64,000 nt of DNA, taken from positions 14,386,001 through 14,450,000 of the forward strand of contig NC_045698.1 in assembly GCF_009834535.1 (NCBI RefSeq), given 5' to 3'. The position numbers were made by a program, and so were the translations under genes. Within the stretch, counting starts at the first letter, position 1; every line of letters begins with the position of its first letter. This document shows positions 50,775 through 64,000 of the stretch, in pieces. Under the pieces are notes generated by a model. That model had not been told where the DNA came from, made no database searches, and saw nothing but the letters and a program-made list of their open reading frames with translations. This DNA comes from Camelus ferus (lineage: Eukaryota).

Positions 50775-51750
50775 TGAAAATCTGTTTTAACAGATGGTGT
50801 TGGGAAGCTAATATGCAAAAAAGCCAAAGTTGGCCCCTTACCTTATACCATGTTCAAAAAATAAATTAAAAATGATCAAATACATAAACATAAGTATTAG
50901 AACTCTTAAGAGAAATCATAGAGTAGAAATGTTTATGACACTTCATTTGATAGTGATCTCTTGGATGTAACACCAAAACACAAGTAACACAAAAGTAACG
51001 TTACATTTCATAAAAGTTAAAATATTTTGTACGTCAAAATAAAAAAAGTGCACTATCAACAGAGTAAAAAGGCAACTCACAGAATCGAAAAAAGCATTTG
51101 CAAATCATATATCTAACAAAGAATTTATATCTCAAATATATAAAGAACTTTTTTAATTCAAAATAACAACAACCAGATAAAAACCAGACAACTCAATTGG
51201 AACATGAGGGAAGAACTTGAATAGATATTTCTCCAAAGAAGATACAAAAATGGCCAAAAGTACATGAAAATATGTTCAATATCAGTATGTATTAGGGAAA
51301 TGCCAATCAAAACTACAATGAGATATCATGTCATGACCATTAGGAAGGCTATATCAAAAAAAAAGGAACACAAAATAAAACAAAACCCAGAAAATAACAA
51401 GTGTTTGTAGGATATGGACAAATTGAAAAACTTGTTCAGTGCTGGCGGGAGTATAAACGGTGCAGCCACTGGAAAACCACATGGTAATTTGTAGAATTAC
51501 CATACAATCCAGCACTTCGTCTTCTAGGTGTGTATCTCAAAAGGGAAATCAAGAATTCAGAGATATGTGTACACCCATGTTCATAGCAAGATCATTGACA
51601 GTGTCCATGAGGTAGAAGTAACCCAAGTGTCTATCAATAGAAAGTTGGATTAAAAAAGGTGCTAAATACATAAAATGGTATCTAATTCAGATTTTAAAAG
51701 GAAGGAAATTCTAACAGATGCTACGACATGGAGAAACCTTAAAAACATTA
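50775..51750 (+). mobile_element. Old L1 ORF2 3' fragment (L1MB-like)
   Basis: FNRWCWE-like start; ATTTGCAAATCATATATCT; ATCAAAACTACAATGAGATA; CACCCATGTTCATAGCA; disrupted. Confidence 0.9.
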
Positions 51751-52778
51751 GATCAGACAGAGGGTGCTGAGACACCATTTTCCCAAAATGACGCACGTAA
51801 GTTATGAAAGGCTGCTTCCAGCCAGAGGTGTACCTTGGCTATAAATTCCATGATCACTGCTGTTTCCTTTGTCTGAAGTAAACAAGGAAACAAAGAAAGA
51901 AAAGAAGGCTCCTTTTTGTTATTATCTAATGCATGCCAGCTCCGATGTGATTTTAAAGTAATGCAAGAACTACTATATTTTTTCTTTAATTTTGAGCTGT
52001 TCCCTAAAATGCTATGTAATTTGTTGCAATAAGTTTGTTAATGTGTGTAATCAAGAGTCTGAGAAGTTGAACTTTGAGCATATTGTACTTTTTCAGGTTA
52101 ACACCAAAATAGCAACCATTAGCATTGTTTTTTGAACAGTATGTTTACAATAAAATACATATGGCCTCAGATGTTAGAGACTTTTCTTAAAAATGAAAAT
52201 ATATGCTTGATGAAAATAACCAATATTCCAAAACTTATTAAATATATAAATATATGCTAGAATTAGAATATAAAAATTTTATGTCCTAAAAGTTGTCAAC
52301 CAGATAGAGAAAGCAGATATGTGAACCATTAAAATAAAAATGCATTGCTATGAAATGTCACATACCGAAGTAACTAACAAATATTTATGATACTTGAATT
52401 TGTGTATTGTACTTTGTTATCCCTATTATATCTTTGTAATGATAATTTTTCCAATAAAATAAAATATTCTATTAAAAAAAAACCCTCTATTTATCGAATA
52501 ATGTAACTATACATGGCCAAAGAGTATCCTTAATTTCTAGTGTGGCAATGATTTAAGAAACCCCAATTTGAATCTGTAGAGAGCCAGTGTGTCTCAGAAG
52601 ACTGAAATAGCTGACTCAAATTCAGCCAGTCAAATAAACGTTAGAGAATGATTCACTTATTAGAATTTCTGTAGTCTACCGATCACTTCCAATTATCCAT
52701 GTCAGTCAGTCTTACTCCAGAACGACATTTCCCCTAGCCACATTGGCATCATGCTTGACGTTTTTTCAATTTCTTAAT

Positions 52779-53010
52779 CATCATTTTATTCATTGTCATC
52801 ATCATTATCATCATCCTCATCATCCTCATCATCGTAATGTTCTAAATGAACCACTCACTACGTTTCAGGAACTGTGCTAAGTACTCCATACACTCCTCTG
52901 AGAAGGAGATTATTGTTCCTTTTTTGCTGGCCCAGAGCTTAAATAGCTTGTTTAAAATCAAGCAGATGGTAAATAGTGGGAGTGACATTGTGAATCCAGC
53001 TCCCACTGAC
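52779..53010 (-). mobile_element. MIR with (ATC)n-expanded tail
   Basis: Imperfect (ATC)n at 52779-52834, then CACTCACTACGTTTCAGGAACTGTGCTAAG...GGCCCAGAG. Confidence 0.6.
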
Positions 53011-53129
53011 TTATCACAATGTTCTCTTCAGAAATTTCCATTTACTCATTTCCTTGCTTATGGGTCTGACCCAAGTACAGAACTAATTTACAACCTAGGC
53101 TATTGGAGCTATTTTAGTTCTCCGCTTTT

Positions 53130-55340
53130 CTTATTTTGGAAAAAAAAAAGTGCTTTAACTTCTTTCCTTTTTATGTTAAACACATCCCACTGTTTGAAGG
53201 ATTGTCCTCACAGCTGGGAGAAGTGCATTTCTCGAAATGAGTTCTCAGTCACCTTGTTTCCACTTCCTTTGGGTCACTGCTGCACTTGATTTCTTCCCTA
53301 TGTCTTTAGCTGCTTGCCTTTTACTGGTGTCTTTCTTCATTCCTCAGGATGGTGAATCTCCTGGTTAATATCTTGTTGTTGGCATTTCTATTCAGCCAGT
53401 TGCAAAGAATTCCCATCTATGCCACTTAAATAGCTTTAGAAGAATATCGTAAAAATTATTTCCTAATGTTCAAGTCACATGACCTATTTTTGATCATTAT
53501 TTCAATATTCTTGATCACTTGGAGTGTAATGGTCACTCTCCTCTTCTTAAAGTAGACTTCTTTACTTTCCTTAATGCAATCATCTTCTTATTTTCCTGAT
53601 ATTTAATGATACCTTTTCTTTTTACACCAGAAGTTGAATGTTGGTGGATGTGTCCTTCTATTCATTATCCACATCATCTACACAGACGTTCATTCTCATG
53701 GCTTTTAAAATCCCATATAATGGAAGACATTCAAATGACGACAACAGTTAACTCTCCTGCGGAACTCAATATTATTATCTCCGCATGACAAATGAGAAAA
53801 CCGAGGCACATCGAGGATAAGTTACTGACAAAAGGGCAGAAAGCTAGTAAGAGTACCCAAGGAGGGTTATAAGCAAAATAAAACAAAGAAACAAAGATTG
53901 TCTGGTTCTAAGCACAGTTTCTGCCATACTCTCACATTAAATTAGCCATTCCAAGACTGAACTTACATTACCTCAGCGCTTTCCTTTTGCCTCAAGTGCC
54001 AAGCTCAGCTATTAACTCTGCCAGTTATTTATTTGCTGTCTCTCAGTTCTGTATATACTGCTCCATGTGTTCTATATGTGCTTTCTCTATATTCAAATCT
54101 ATATAAATATATACCACCCTCTCTATACTGTTCTTGGTTGCTGGGCTGGGCCTCTGCAGACTGAATTTCTCACACTCCTTTACCCTCCGACTTCTTGTTG
54201 TGTTTGGCCGTATGGAAGCCTGAGGGGATGGGTTGAATGTAGCAGTTAGGGAGAAGACTCTTCTTCATGCGGATTCTCTGTTGGCATCAATGCAACAACA
54301 ACAAAGTGTAGACTCAGCCCCTAGCTTCTTCAAACGCTCTATGCATTAGATTTGTTGAGTCCTCTTAGATGGAAAAGCAACAGCTAGGGAGGGCTTTCCT
54401 CAGAAGTCCAAGTGCAAACAGGGCTGAGTTCTGCCCTAAAAGAATGAACAACAGCCCTGCAGGATTTGTTCTCGAAACCCTAGGTTCTCATTACGTGACT
54501 TTTCAGCTATGGGGATGAAAGCAATTTCTTGCAGTACCTCAGTGTGCTCATTACTTTTACAGCCTACCAACCTCTATGTAACCAATGGTCTTTCTTAATG
54601 TTTCTTGGCTTAAAATATTAAGTATGTTTTCTGGTGTCCTGACTGAACCCTGACCAATACCCTAACTGCAGCACTGCCTCAGAATCTACCTTTATCCCCG
54701 CTGCCCTCCTCACTGTATCAACCAAATCCCATCGACTGTACCTGGCTGGTATCTCTTCAACCTGTCCCATCTCCCAGCAGCTGCATTAGTTCTCATTGTT
54801 TTTAAATCAACCTTCTAGGTTGTATAAATCTTCTATCTGGAGATTTCCACAGCACTATCGTTGTATCCTTCAAGAATATACTTCATACTTGTTTCCATAT
54901 TGCTAAATGAAAATGAAAATATTTGATAATACCATAAGTACCATGGAAGTCTCCTGAGCTACAGCAGAAATTAAAATCTTAACAGGGGATATAAGGTCGT
55001 TCACCACCAACTGTATCTGATATCTTTCCTTCCTGCTATATACTCCAAAGTTACTAGCATTCTCTTTAAAATCCTTTTCTATTTCTGGCAAGCACATATA
55101 CTAATCCTCTGAGATCTAACAGAAATGTTCCACCAAAAGAATGAGTTTCAGGATTCTCTCTGCTTCCACAGCACCATATGTCATACATCTACCTTTCTAC
55201 TTATTACTTTTGCATTTTTCAACCCGTATTTCACTAGTGTTTACAGCAAGAATGGCTCACGTATTGTTTCATTTCTGTAAGTCTGAACTTTTGCAGTATG
55301 TTTTAAGTACTAAAATGTGTTCATTGAATGAGTTAATGAC
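53130..55340 (+). mobile_element. Fragmented L2 interrupted by MIR (~53770-53850) and an LTR
   Basis: CATTCTCATGGCTTTTAAAATCCCATATAATGGAAGAC; ACCAAATCCCATCGACTGTACCT; TGTTCATTGAATGAGT tail. Confidence 0.55.
54100..54660 (+). mobile_element. LTR33-like ERVL solo LTR
   Basis: Ends CTTAAAATATTAAGTATGTTTTCTGGTGTCCTGACTGAACCCTGACCAATAC; 5' part CTGGGCCTCTGCAGACTG...TTTGGCC. Confidence 0.7.
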
Positions 55341-57554
55341 TTTTAATGATTATTTTATTAATTAATCATGAATAAAAATGAGAAAAACGTGATATGCTGC
55401 ATTGGTTTGTATAATCCAAAGTTCATCTACTTCTGTTAAATACTTGCTCAAAAATGAGTAATCACTGATGCCTGGGAAAAGACAAAATGTTACTTCATCC
55501 AGTACCTTCCATTCAGTAACGCTGCTTCACTTTCACTTGTACTTCTAGCCACACTACCTACAAGCCTTTGCACCAATAAAACACCATTTTGTGCTTGTGT
55601 TATATTTCTCTCGTGTTTATGTCTGTTCAGACTGTTCTTTCTGTTCTGAATTGAACCATAGGTCATGTGAGGTTAACCAATGGTTAAGTTTATCAGAGTG
55701 ACACTATAAGCATGGAGTGCCATAGGCAAATTAAATGTACAAAAAAGGACACCGCAGCATTCATGTTTACATGTGTAAATCTAAAGTCGCTGTTGGAAGA
55801 GCTGGCTGAAGAGGCAGAGATTCTGAACTGATATATGAGCATAATAGAGTCATGAATGTTGGTGGGCTGATGAGGAAGAGGGAATGAGCAAGAACTACAA
55901 ATGGAATTGATCACCTACTACATTTGGTATGATTTTCCATTTATACTCTATGTATGATATTCATAAACTCTGAAGCAAAGTTAAACTATGAGAGGTTTGC
56001 CTCTTGCCCATCAAGATGTAAGGCAGATGTTCTGCAACAGTTAACACTTCCTTTAGTGCTAGAAGGGACACAGATGATCTGGGTTGCCAGGAGGGACTTT
56101 TTACCTTCCCACATCACCCTTACCTGGATTTGTTCTCCTGAGACTAAAAGGCAATTTCAGATTTGCATTTCATCACCATAACTTTAAGCCTGATTTAATT
56201 TTTTTTTCCCTCTAGGTTTGTTATCCTTGTTAAAATTGTCAGATCAGCTTCAACTGTTTATTTTCAATAGGCTGCTTGCCAAGTCTGTAGTTGGTCTGAT
56301 TAACAAATCAAATACCTGTGATTTTTTAAACTCCTATATTATAAAGGAAAGTAGAAAGATCCGACACTGTAACTGTAGTGCTAAAAATCTAATAAGTAAT
56401 AGACAGAAGCCTACTGATGCCTACATCTTATTGAGAAGTAGCCAGTTTTAAGTGAATCTGATCATCATTATAGCCTGAGAACTATATTTCATGAACAGCA
56501 TAGCGGCCACTGAAACTGTAAAAATCAGTTCCTTGTAGTTATTTATTGTTTACTCTTAGTTTAAAAAAATGAATTTTAGTGTTTTAAGCATGTAAAATTA
56601 TTCACTGTTTGAAAGCATTTAATATCACCCATATTTATTTATATTATATCTCTATGCTCTCTGTACCTAGATAATATGGATTCTATTTTTCTCCTTCTCA
56701 ATGGTGAATTACATCGGAGAGTAACTGATTACAGTATAGTCTAACATTTTATTAACTACAAGTATCTGAGAAAATTGTTTGTAAGCTTACATGCACATTA
56801 CAACCCCTGGGAGCGAAGTTTATAAAATGGAATCAGTGCAAGCAAAATAATTATATAAAATTATGAATGATGGCCAGATTCCTTGACTCTATACATAGAC
56901 TCCTTGGAATATCTATAGTTGAATATATTAAAATAGTGTAGTAGATTTTAGTCAATGAATAAATACCTTAACTTTGATTTTGTTTTTCTTCCAAAAATTT
57001 AAGAATGACAAAATATTATACATTTTAAAATTCTAACAGAAGGTGAAATATGTATATGTAAATAGTCTAACTAATAATTTGACAGGTAAATAGAATATAC
57101 TAGGATATATTTAACTCTAGGGGTTCCGAATAGAGGCTACATCCTTTGAAAGTTAGTTTATAATTTATCAGGGAGCCTTTGTAAATACTGAATCACTGTT
57201 ACGCACTTAAGGGGAGGTTTGCAGATTCTTGAAACTGAAAAATTTAGGAAATTGCAAACTTCCAATAATTTAACAAAATCAAAAGCAGGTTGAAATCAGA
57301 TGATTAGGAATGTGTTGACCATTATGGGATAGCATGACAATTTATTTTCCTTCTTAAAAGATATAGACATCTGTTCATCTTCGAAGTCAATGAGTAACAG
57401 ATGACTGTACATCTGTTTGCATACAAAGTGAGAGACTTGAGAGGCAGGGTGTTGTTTTTAGGATTTGTTTTGGTTGGTTGTTTTTCACTATAATTTTCCT
57501 TTCTGACAATCAGCTCAACAACATTATTTTGATGGATTCCAGAATATATTTCCA

Positions 57555-57800
57555 TGATAGCTCATAGTTACAGTTCTCACTAATTCTCCAGACAATAGTT
57601 GAAATTCTTTACATCTATTAGCTTCTTTAATAATCTAGATAACTATTAGACAGAAACTCTTCTTATTCCTGTTTAACAAATGAGAGACTGAAGTACAGAG
57701 AGGTAAAGGTATTGCCCAAGGTCACACAGCTAATATGTGGGGGAATCCAGAAATTAAATACAGGTAATCTGACTCTGGGATCTCTGTCCTCAGACTTTAC
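57555..57800 (-). mobile_element. MIR SINE
   Basis: ACAAATGAGAGACTGAAGTACAGAGAGGTAAAGGTATTGCCCAAGGTCACACAGCTA. Confidence 0.9.
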
Positions 57801-58944
57801 CCATCTCTGTCTCTCAGTGAAGATCACTGTAGTCCTGGTAAAATTAAGTCAATTGTTTCTGCATGGAGAAAAATAGCTTCAAATGAAATCAGAGTTTTGC
57901 CTAACAGCAATATGCCAATAAATAGGAATTTTAAAAGAAGATAATATTTCTATGAGAACATTGTCAATTGGATGATGTATTGAGCACTTGATCAAAAAGT
58001 AAATGTAGGTACTTCGAAGCCCACACTCTTTCATGAAGCTTGGTTACGTGTTTACTCAATTCACAGCTTTAGCTGCCTCTTCCACAAATTCCTCTGAAGT
58101 GCAGCACTTTTATAGTTGCCTGAAATTTTGCCACATAAACTTTATAAAGCCATAGAAGGGTTCTGTAGCACCGTGTTTTGCGCGTTTTAGTGTTGGCCTG
58201 GGGAAAGGAGAGCTTAACCTCCAGAAGTGAAAATGGCAAAGCACAAGGCTTACTCCCCTCTTCTTTACTTCTCTTGCATTGTATAGCCTTTTAATAGCGA
58301 AATGCAGTAAATGAATAAAACTTTCTAGATAATAAATCAAAATACATCAAGGAAAATAATTCTGTCTCATTAGAAACTGATAAAAAATTTCGATTGGTTT
58401 AATTTTAAGGGTTATACAAATACTCAACCTTCCCAAACACCGTTGACATGAAAATTAATGGACTCATGAAGTTATAGTTGGAGGAAGCAGAGAGTTCCTT
58501 TACACAAATACCATTCACAGTGGCAATGATCATGATTTTGTCCTGGGGCATCATCTAGCCAATCTTGCTATTTGCTATTGCTAAGTCCTGAAAATTTGGC
58601 ATGACATTTAATTCTGGCAACGATTAAATCCAGACAACTGCATGATGGTTTAGAGAGCAAAATGTATTACATGTAGTATAAATGTAAACAGGGAATATTT
58701 AAATGCAAGATTAGAAAAGCAGCGCTGTAAGTTCTAGAACCAGGTAACTTATTTGCTAAGTTCTAAAGGAACAAATTCTTTTTATAAACATGACACAGAA
58801 CATTTCATTAAATCAGAGAATTTCCTCAGACATGCAGCCTTTCTTGAATGTAAGTAGGTAAACACATCACCTTCAGTCCTATTTTCAGTGAACGATAAGA
58901 ATCAAGGAGAGGGAATCTATTCTTTGAAAACATCAGATTTTGAG

Positions 58945-59225
58945 GCATAGTGGATTGAACATCAAGCTTCAAATCAGCAATCAGGTGTAATTGCTGGCTC
59001 TTTTGCTTACTAACTGTGAGTTTCAGAAAGAACATGTGGCTTGAATGTAAGTATCAGTGAATGGATTTTAAAATTTCCCCAGGACTCTGCCCACATGCCA
59101 AAAAGATGCGATAATACTTGCTCTATGTGACATGTCATGTAATATTCAATATCTCCAGAAATACTGTAATTGAAAGTTCTTTGTAAATGAGCAAGTGCTT
59201 TACAGATGTAGTTGATTATTATTAC
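58945..59225 (+). mobile_element. MIR SINE (decayed)
   Basis: GGCATAGTGGA...CTGGCTCTTTTGCTTACTAACTGTGA...GTTCTTTGTAAA. Confidence 0.5.
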
Positions 59226-59355
59226 TCATCTGTGGTATTTTATATCAAAAAGGAAAGCATGCATATTTACAAGGGCCTTACTAAACTATAAAAGCACTCT
59301 TTTTTTCCGTGATTTAAAATGAAGTGTATTTATCATTGTTTACCTCTATCCTAAT

Positions 59356-59788
59356 TGTACTAGCTTCTCAAGGCTGCTGTAACAAAATACCACAAACTGG
59401 GGGGTTTAAAACAGACATGCATTGTCTCACGGCTCTGTGGCTAGAAGTCTGAGGTTAAGGTGTCAGTAGAGCCATACTCCCTCTGAAGACTCCTTCCTTG
59501 CCTCTTCTAGTTTCTGACATTTGCCACCAATCCTTGCTTTTCCTTGGTTTGTAGATACATCACCCAGACTCCCTGTTCCCTTGTCACATGGATATCTTCT
59601 CCTGTGTGCCTCTGTCTTTACATGGCGTTTTTCTCTTCTTGGATTGGGATTAAGACCTCTCTAATGACCTCAACTTATTTTGATTACATCCACAAGGATC
59701 CTATTTTTAAATAAGGTCACATTTTCAGAGGTTAAGTCTTCAATATGCCATCATTTTTATGTGTGTGAACACAATTTAATATTTAACA
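59356..59788 (-). mobile_element. MLT1B/C MaLR solo LTR
   Basis: TGTACTAGCTTCTCAAGGCTGCTGTAACAAAATACCACAAACTGG...AATAAGGTCACATT...TTTAACA. Confidence 0.9.
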
Positions 59789-60069
59789 GTAGTGAATTCA
59801 GGACAGACACGCGTATGCAGATGAAGTAATACATACTTAGAGGGTTTTTTTTTTCCAGTGTTTATTTAATACTCTGTACATGCAAAAGCCTACATATATC
59901 CTTTTGTTCACAAAATGTAAAATAGCTATGTATGACCATAATTTTAAACAAGTATTTTAGGATAAAATATTAAAATATAGTACATTAATGCATGTACTAT
60001 ATAAAATATAGTACATTAATAAATCACTTTTTTTCTGTTATAGAGTAAATAATAGAATGGGTTAAGCAA

Positions 60070-60430
60070 GTAAGATACCCAAATCAGGTAGAACTTGACC
60101 TTGACATTGGATTTGCTATAATTTGACTAGGAAGGACAGACAGACAAGCACATAGTGAAAGAGAAAAAGTTTCGAGAATAAAATAATCGAAGTGTTTCAG
60201 GGAATAAAATTGATGGCCTGACTCACAGGAAGATATTTAAAGATAAGCACTGGGGATACATTCAGGTAAGTTAGAGGCAATTCAACAAAAATGGGAAAAA
60301 ATTTGAACTTGATTCCAGAAGCGTTTGGGAAGCCCTGATAAATACTACTAGAGGACAGTAGCAGGATGCAAAAAAAGACCTCGGGGACAGAAAGTGCAAC
60401 AAGAAGGCTATTGCATTAATTCAGTTCTGC
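60070..60430 (-). mobile_element. L2 fragment
   Basis: AATTTGAACTTGATTCCAGAAGCGTTTGGGAAGCC...AGAAGGCTATTGCA. Confidence 0.5.
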
Positions 60431-61105
60431 AGGCTTCTAGGGATTGCTTATGCCTGCAAACTGTGTGCCGGGGTTTTCTGGAATACCGCAGTAAATTCAC
60501 AGAGATGGGGGCACATCCGCTCCTGAGTAACTTCACAGAGGGGAGCACCCTAGGTTGTTTTAAATTTCAGGAGAAACATAAGGACATCTATAAGAAATCC
60601 AACAACCTACTTACTCTTAGGATAGTTAGACCTATTTCTTTATTGAACAGAACTATTAGGGTTTGGGCCTAGGGCTGCTATAAAAAAATTACTGAAACAT
60701 TAATATAGTCATGAACCCAAACAGCTTAGAAATCTCTAGCTCATTAATTAAATTAATGAATGCTCTTTTACTTGATCTGCAGCTCTGAGTAATTTTCTAC
60801 GCTCCTAAATATCTTCTGCATCTTCCTCATTTAGATTATTCTTGATTATAATCCCACATTTTTTTATGTTGCTCTGGCATGAAACTAGTCAAACTTTTTT
60901 TTCCCTCTGATGTTTTTGTTGGTGAAGACTAAGGAAAAAACATTTTGTTCAAATGTAGTGATCTCTACTTTTCCTTTAAAAAATTTTACTCTCCTATATT
61001 CAGGTCCTTTGAGGATTTTGCTAAAAGTAGTTCCAATATTACTGTTGTTACTGTTATATTTTAACATTTCCCATTAGCTCTCAATTTTCTAGTTTAATAT
61101 ACATA

Positions 61106-61449
61106 CAGTCACCCCTCAGTATGCTTGTCTGAGTGGTTCCAGGATTCCCACAGACATCAAAATTTGAGGATGTACTAGTCCAGTATATAAAATGGCACAG
61201 TATTTGCATATAACCTACACATATCCTTTGTATACTTTAAATCATCTCTAGGTTACTTAAAATACTTAATACAATGTAAATAGTATGTAAATAGTTGTAA
61301 ATACAAGGTAATTGCCATGTAAATATTTGCTAACATGACGCAAATTCAAGTTTTGCTTTTGAAACTTTCTGGAATTAAAAAAAAATATTTTTAATCTATG
61401 GTTGGTTAAATCTGCAGATGCAGAACCCACAGATATATAGGGCCAAATG
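61106..61449 (+). mobile_element. MER2 (MER2B-like) Tigger MITE
   Basis: TA-CAGTCACCCCTCAGTAT ... GATATATAGGGCCAAATG-TA; diagnostic GTATTTGCATATAACCTACAC...CTTTAAATCATCTCTAG. Confidence 0.92.
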
Positions 61450-62484
61450 TATCACATATTGCTATCTGACTATCTGATTCCTGGGTCAATTCTAACATAC
61501 ATACCTATGTTAATAATGAAAACACATATGCTAAACAGGGGTGTATTTATGATCTAGAATTGCATTTTACAACATATTTTGTACATTAAATAAATAGAAA
61601 ATCTTTTTAAAATTGCTATTGATTCCAAGTCCAATGGGAGACTGCCTAAATCAGTCTACATAAATAAAAGCAGAGAACTGAGGGTAGATAATCACAATCT
61701 CAGAACTCAGGATAGATTTCAAAAAATGATTCCTGGTTCATGATAATATATAGAAATGTATTTCTATTTTTTCCTTTCTTTCCATTAGTAATGTAACTAT
61801 CCAAATGTAGGTTCTTAAAATGATTGTCCATAACGTTTTAAAATAGTTTCCTTTTTGAGCTTTGTCTCTCCCAACAAATACTCCCAGGGTTTGCCTAAAG
61901 ACACCTTCCCCTCCTGCCATCAGAGAGAACAATAATAGCAGAATAATAACAGTTCATTTTAAAAAAAGCCAAAACAACAACAAACATCAATAGTCTTGCC
62001 CCAATATACCTAGTAGCATTTTTTCCACAATTTCTACCATATTTGGACCTCAGACTAAAATCAAGTTGACATATTTATCCTTCACAAAGCGTAGCAACAT
62101 CAGTTGCTCTGTTGTACTTCATTTACAATGTTCTTGTTTTTGAAATGCCCCTCAATGCTCAGTTGAAGCTCTCTTCACTATTACCACCTTTATGCCTCGG
62201 CAAGGTAGCCCTGCCCTGGATCACATGACTTTAGAGGGACCAGCTCTGACCTAAGCCAGGGCAGTACTTCTCATCATAGACCGACAGGTCCATGAAGGTA
62301 AGGAGATATATTCAATAGCAATCCAAACTATACATCTAGATCATATAGATGCTAACAGGACAATAGAAAGGATAAAGATATACTCAAGGCAACTGAATTT
62401 GCTAGAGAGGATCACTGACCTCTTTGTTTAAACAAAAATGGTAATTACACTTTATGAAAGAAAATTACTGGATAACAAATATTA

Positions 62485-62660
62485 TTACAATGTCTATATA
62501 AGCTCATTTAATCCTCACATCTCTGTGCTATAGCTATGATAATTATCTTCATTGTATAGAAGAAAACAGACACACAAAGTTCCATACAAACTTGCCTAAA
62601 CTATACATGAATTTTCATCCAGGAAGTGCAGCTTCCTAGCAAAACCTCCTAAGTAATGTG
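62485..62660 (-). mobile_element. MIR SINE
   Basis: CTCATTTAATCCTCAC...CATTGTATAGAAGAAAACAGACAC...ACTTGCCTAA. Confidence 0.6.
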
Positions 62661-64000
62661 GTCACTAGAAATAAGACTTAACACACTAGAAATGTAGATC
62701 ACTGTTTCCTCATTTAGCTGGAGCATAAAGTAGCAGGACAAACATAAAGAAAAGAAACAAGATCACAAACAGGGAAAGAGCACAAAATACAACATTTTCT
62801 AGAACTGAGATTTAATTTACCTATGTTGGTTTCCAAGAATCGTGGCAGTCTTTTTTTCAATAGTGTGTTCACCAACTGCATAATCAGGAGCACGATTTGA
62901 GAAACAAATGATTTAACTTCCATGCTTATTCATTTAATGGAGGGATTCCAGAGTAACTAGAATTATGCACTTTTCTGACTTCTTTTAGCAGTTTGATTTC
63001 CTTATAGTCATTTATCCCTGTGTTTGCTTTTTTTAATCTCACAACTAAAATATGCTATACAAAAGTAACTGAAATATCACATAGAAGCTCTCCATGTTTG
63101 CCAAAATAATACTAATAAATCCTAATCCTAATCCTAATCCTAATACTTCCCCTAGATTTATTCTAAGTAATTCATCTGGAAAAAAACCAAACTTTTAATC
63201 AAACTCCTTTGATGGCCATTGAATCAAAGCTATATATTATATAATATTAGAAATCTATTGTGATTTCTGGATAAGAAAGTTATAGAATTAACCAAATTTT
63301 GTTTGAATGATAAAAATCATCATTCCAGAGAAGGATTTGATTTCCTCCTTTTCTACTAAGTCTTTATAAAGCCATGCACATTTTCTGTATCTGCTTCTGT
63401 TTTGAAATTGCAGAAGCTCCACTGGCACAGGAGATAAATCAAGGTGTCTTTTAACCAGGCCCTTCTGACTCTCAGATTCTAAAATCTAGTTCTGATTTTG
63501 GACCTATAAAATTACTTTGGCAGATGGTTGCCTCACTCTTGTTTCTAGAAATATAGGTCAAGTATTTAATCATCAAATAACCACAGATATTTAATGGGCT
63601 CACATTTTTCATAATAATAGAAAACCCTAGGGTTATTCTGTAGTAGAGTAGGTTATAATATTCCTAGTTCAAGTAACTGTGATTTGCTAACATATACAGA
63701 ATGTTTGTTTTCTTGCTGGGGAGGAGACCCTTATGTCTGAATGCCCATGTTGTTTTTATATTTTTGGATTCTAAACTTTCTAAACTAAACTCATAACATG
63801 AATATGTTAATAGTTTATGAATGTGCACCACTATGTTTGGATTTTAGCTAAGCAGAATTCTGGATTTATTTTTCCATTTTTTGTCTCAAGCTTTTATTTA
63901 TTATAAAATCAACTTGCACTGATAAGCCATTATTAATACTGATTCACTATTTTTCTGCTACATATATTCTACTCACATGCCTTTTGGTTAAAACTTTGCT

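Noticed and set aside
52846..53289. Longest ORF (147 aa)
   Set aside because: It runs across MIR and L2 fragments and a poly-A run, with no domain-like features.
56200..56451. Strong-looking splice acceptor (T-tract-CCCTCTAG) followed by a 77-aa ORF
   Set aside because: The peptide is unrecognised, and such acceptors arise often by chance after poly-T.
63118..63144. (CCTAAT)4 as an interstitial telomeric repeat
   Set aside because: The unit differs from CCCTAA and there are only four copies; an ordinary hexamer microsatellite.

Overview
This is AT-rich, CpG-depleted placental-mammal genomic DNA, either intergenic or part of a large intron, and I can support no host protein-coding exon in it. 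The youngest L1 3' ends look cetartiodactyl. I saw no ruminant (BovB/Bov-tA), pig (PRE1), whale (CHR2), carnivore or primate SINEs, so a camelid is my best guess (inference). The window is mostly layered transposable elements: MIR, L2, old L1/HAL1, MaLR/ERVL LTRs, Tigger and hAT MITEs, and microsatellites. The main structure is a ~7.3 kb decayed class I (ERV1) provirus at 27946-35253 with two LTRs, a perfect 18-nt tRNA-Leu PBS, gag-pro-pol-env remnants and a PPT. It lacks the RT catalytic core and is inserted inside a solo LTR of a different ERV family (27612-35470). Other notable structures are a 5'-inverted (twin-primed) L1 with a 15-bp TSD inside a long L2, a MaLR that keeps its internal region, and several small template-switch-like inverted duplications. 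I found no convincing evidence of a new functional biological system. Repeat family names come from recalled consensus sequences, and boundaries of old repeats are approximate.
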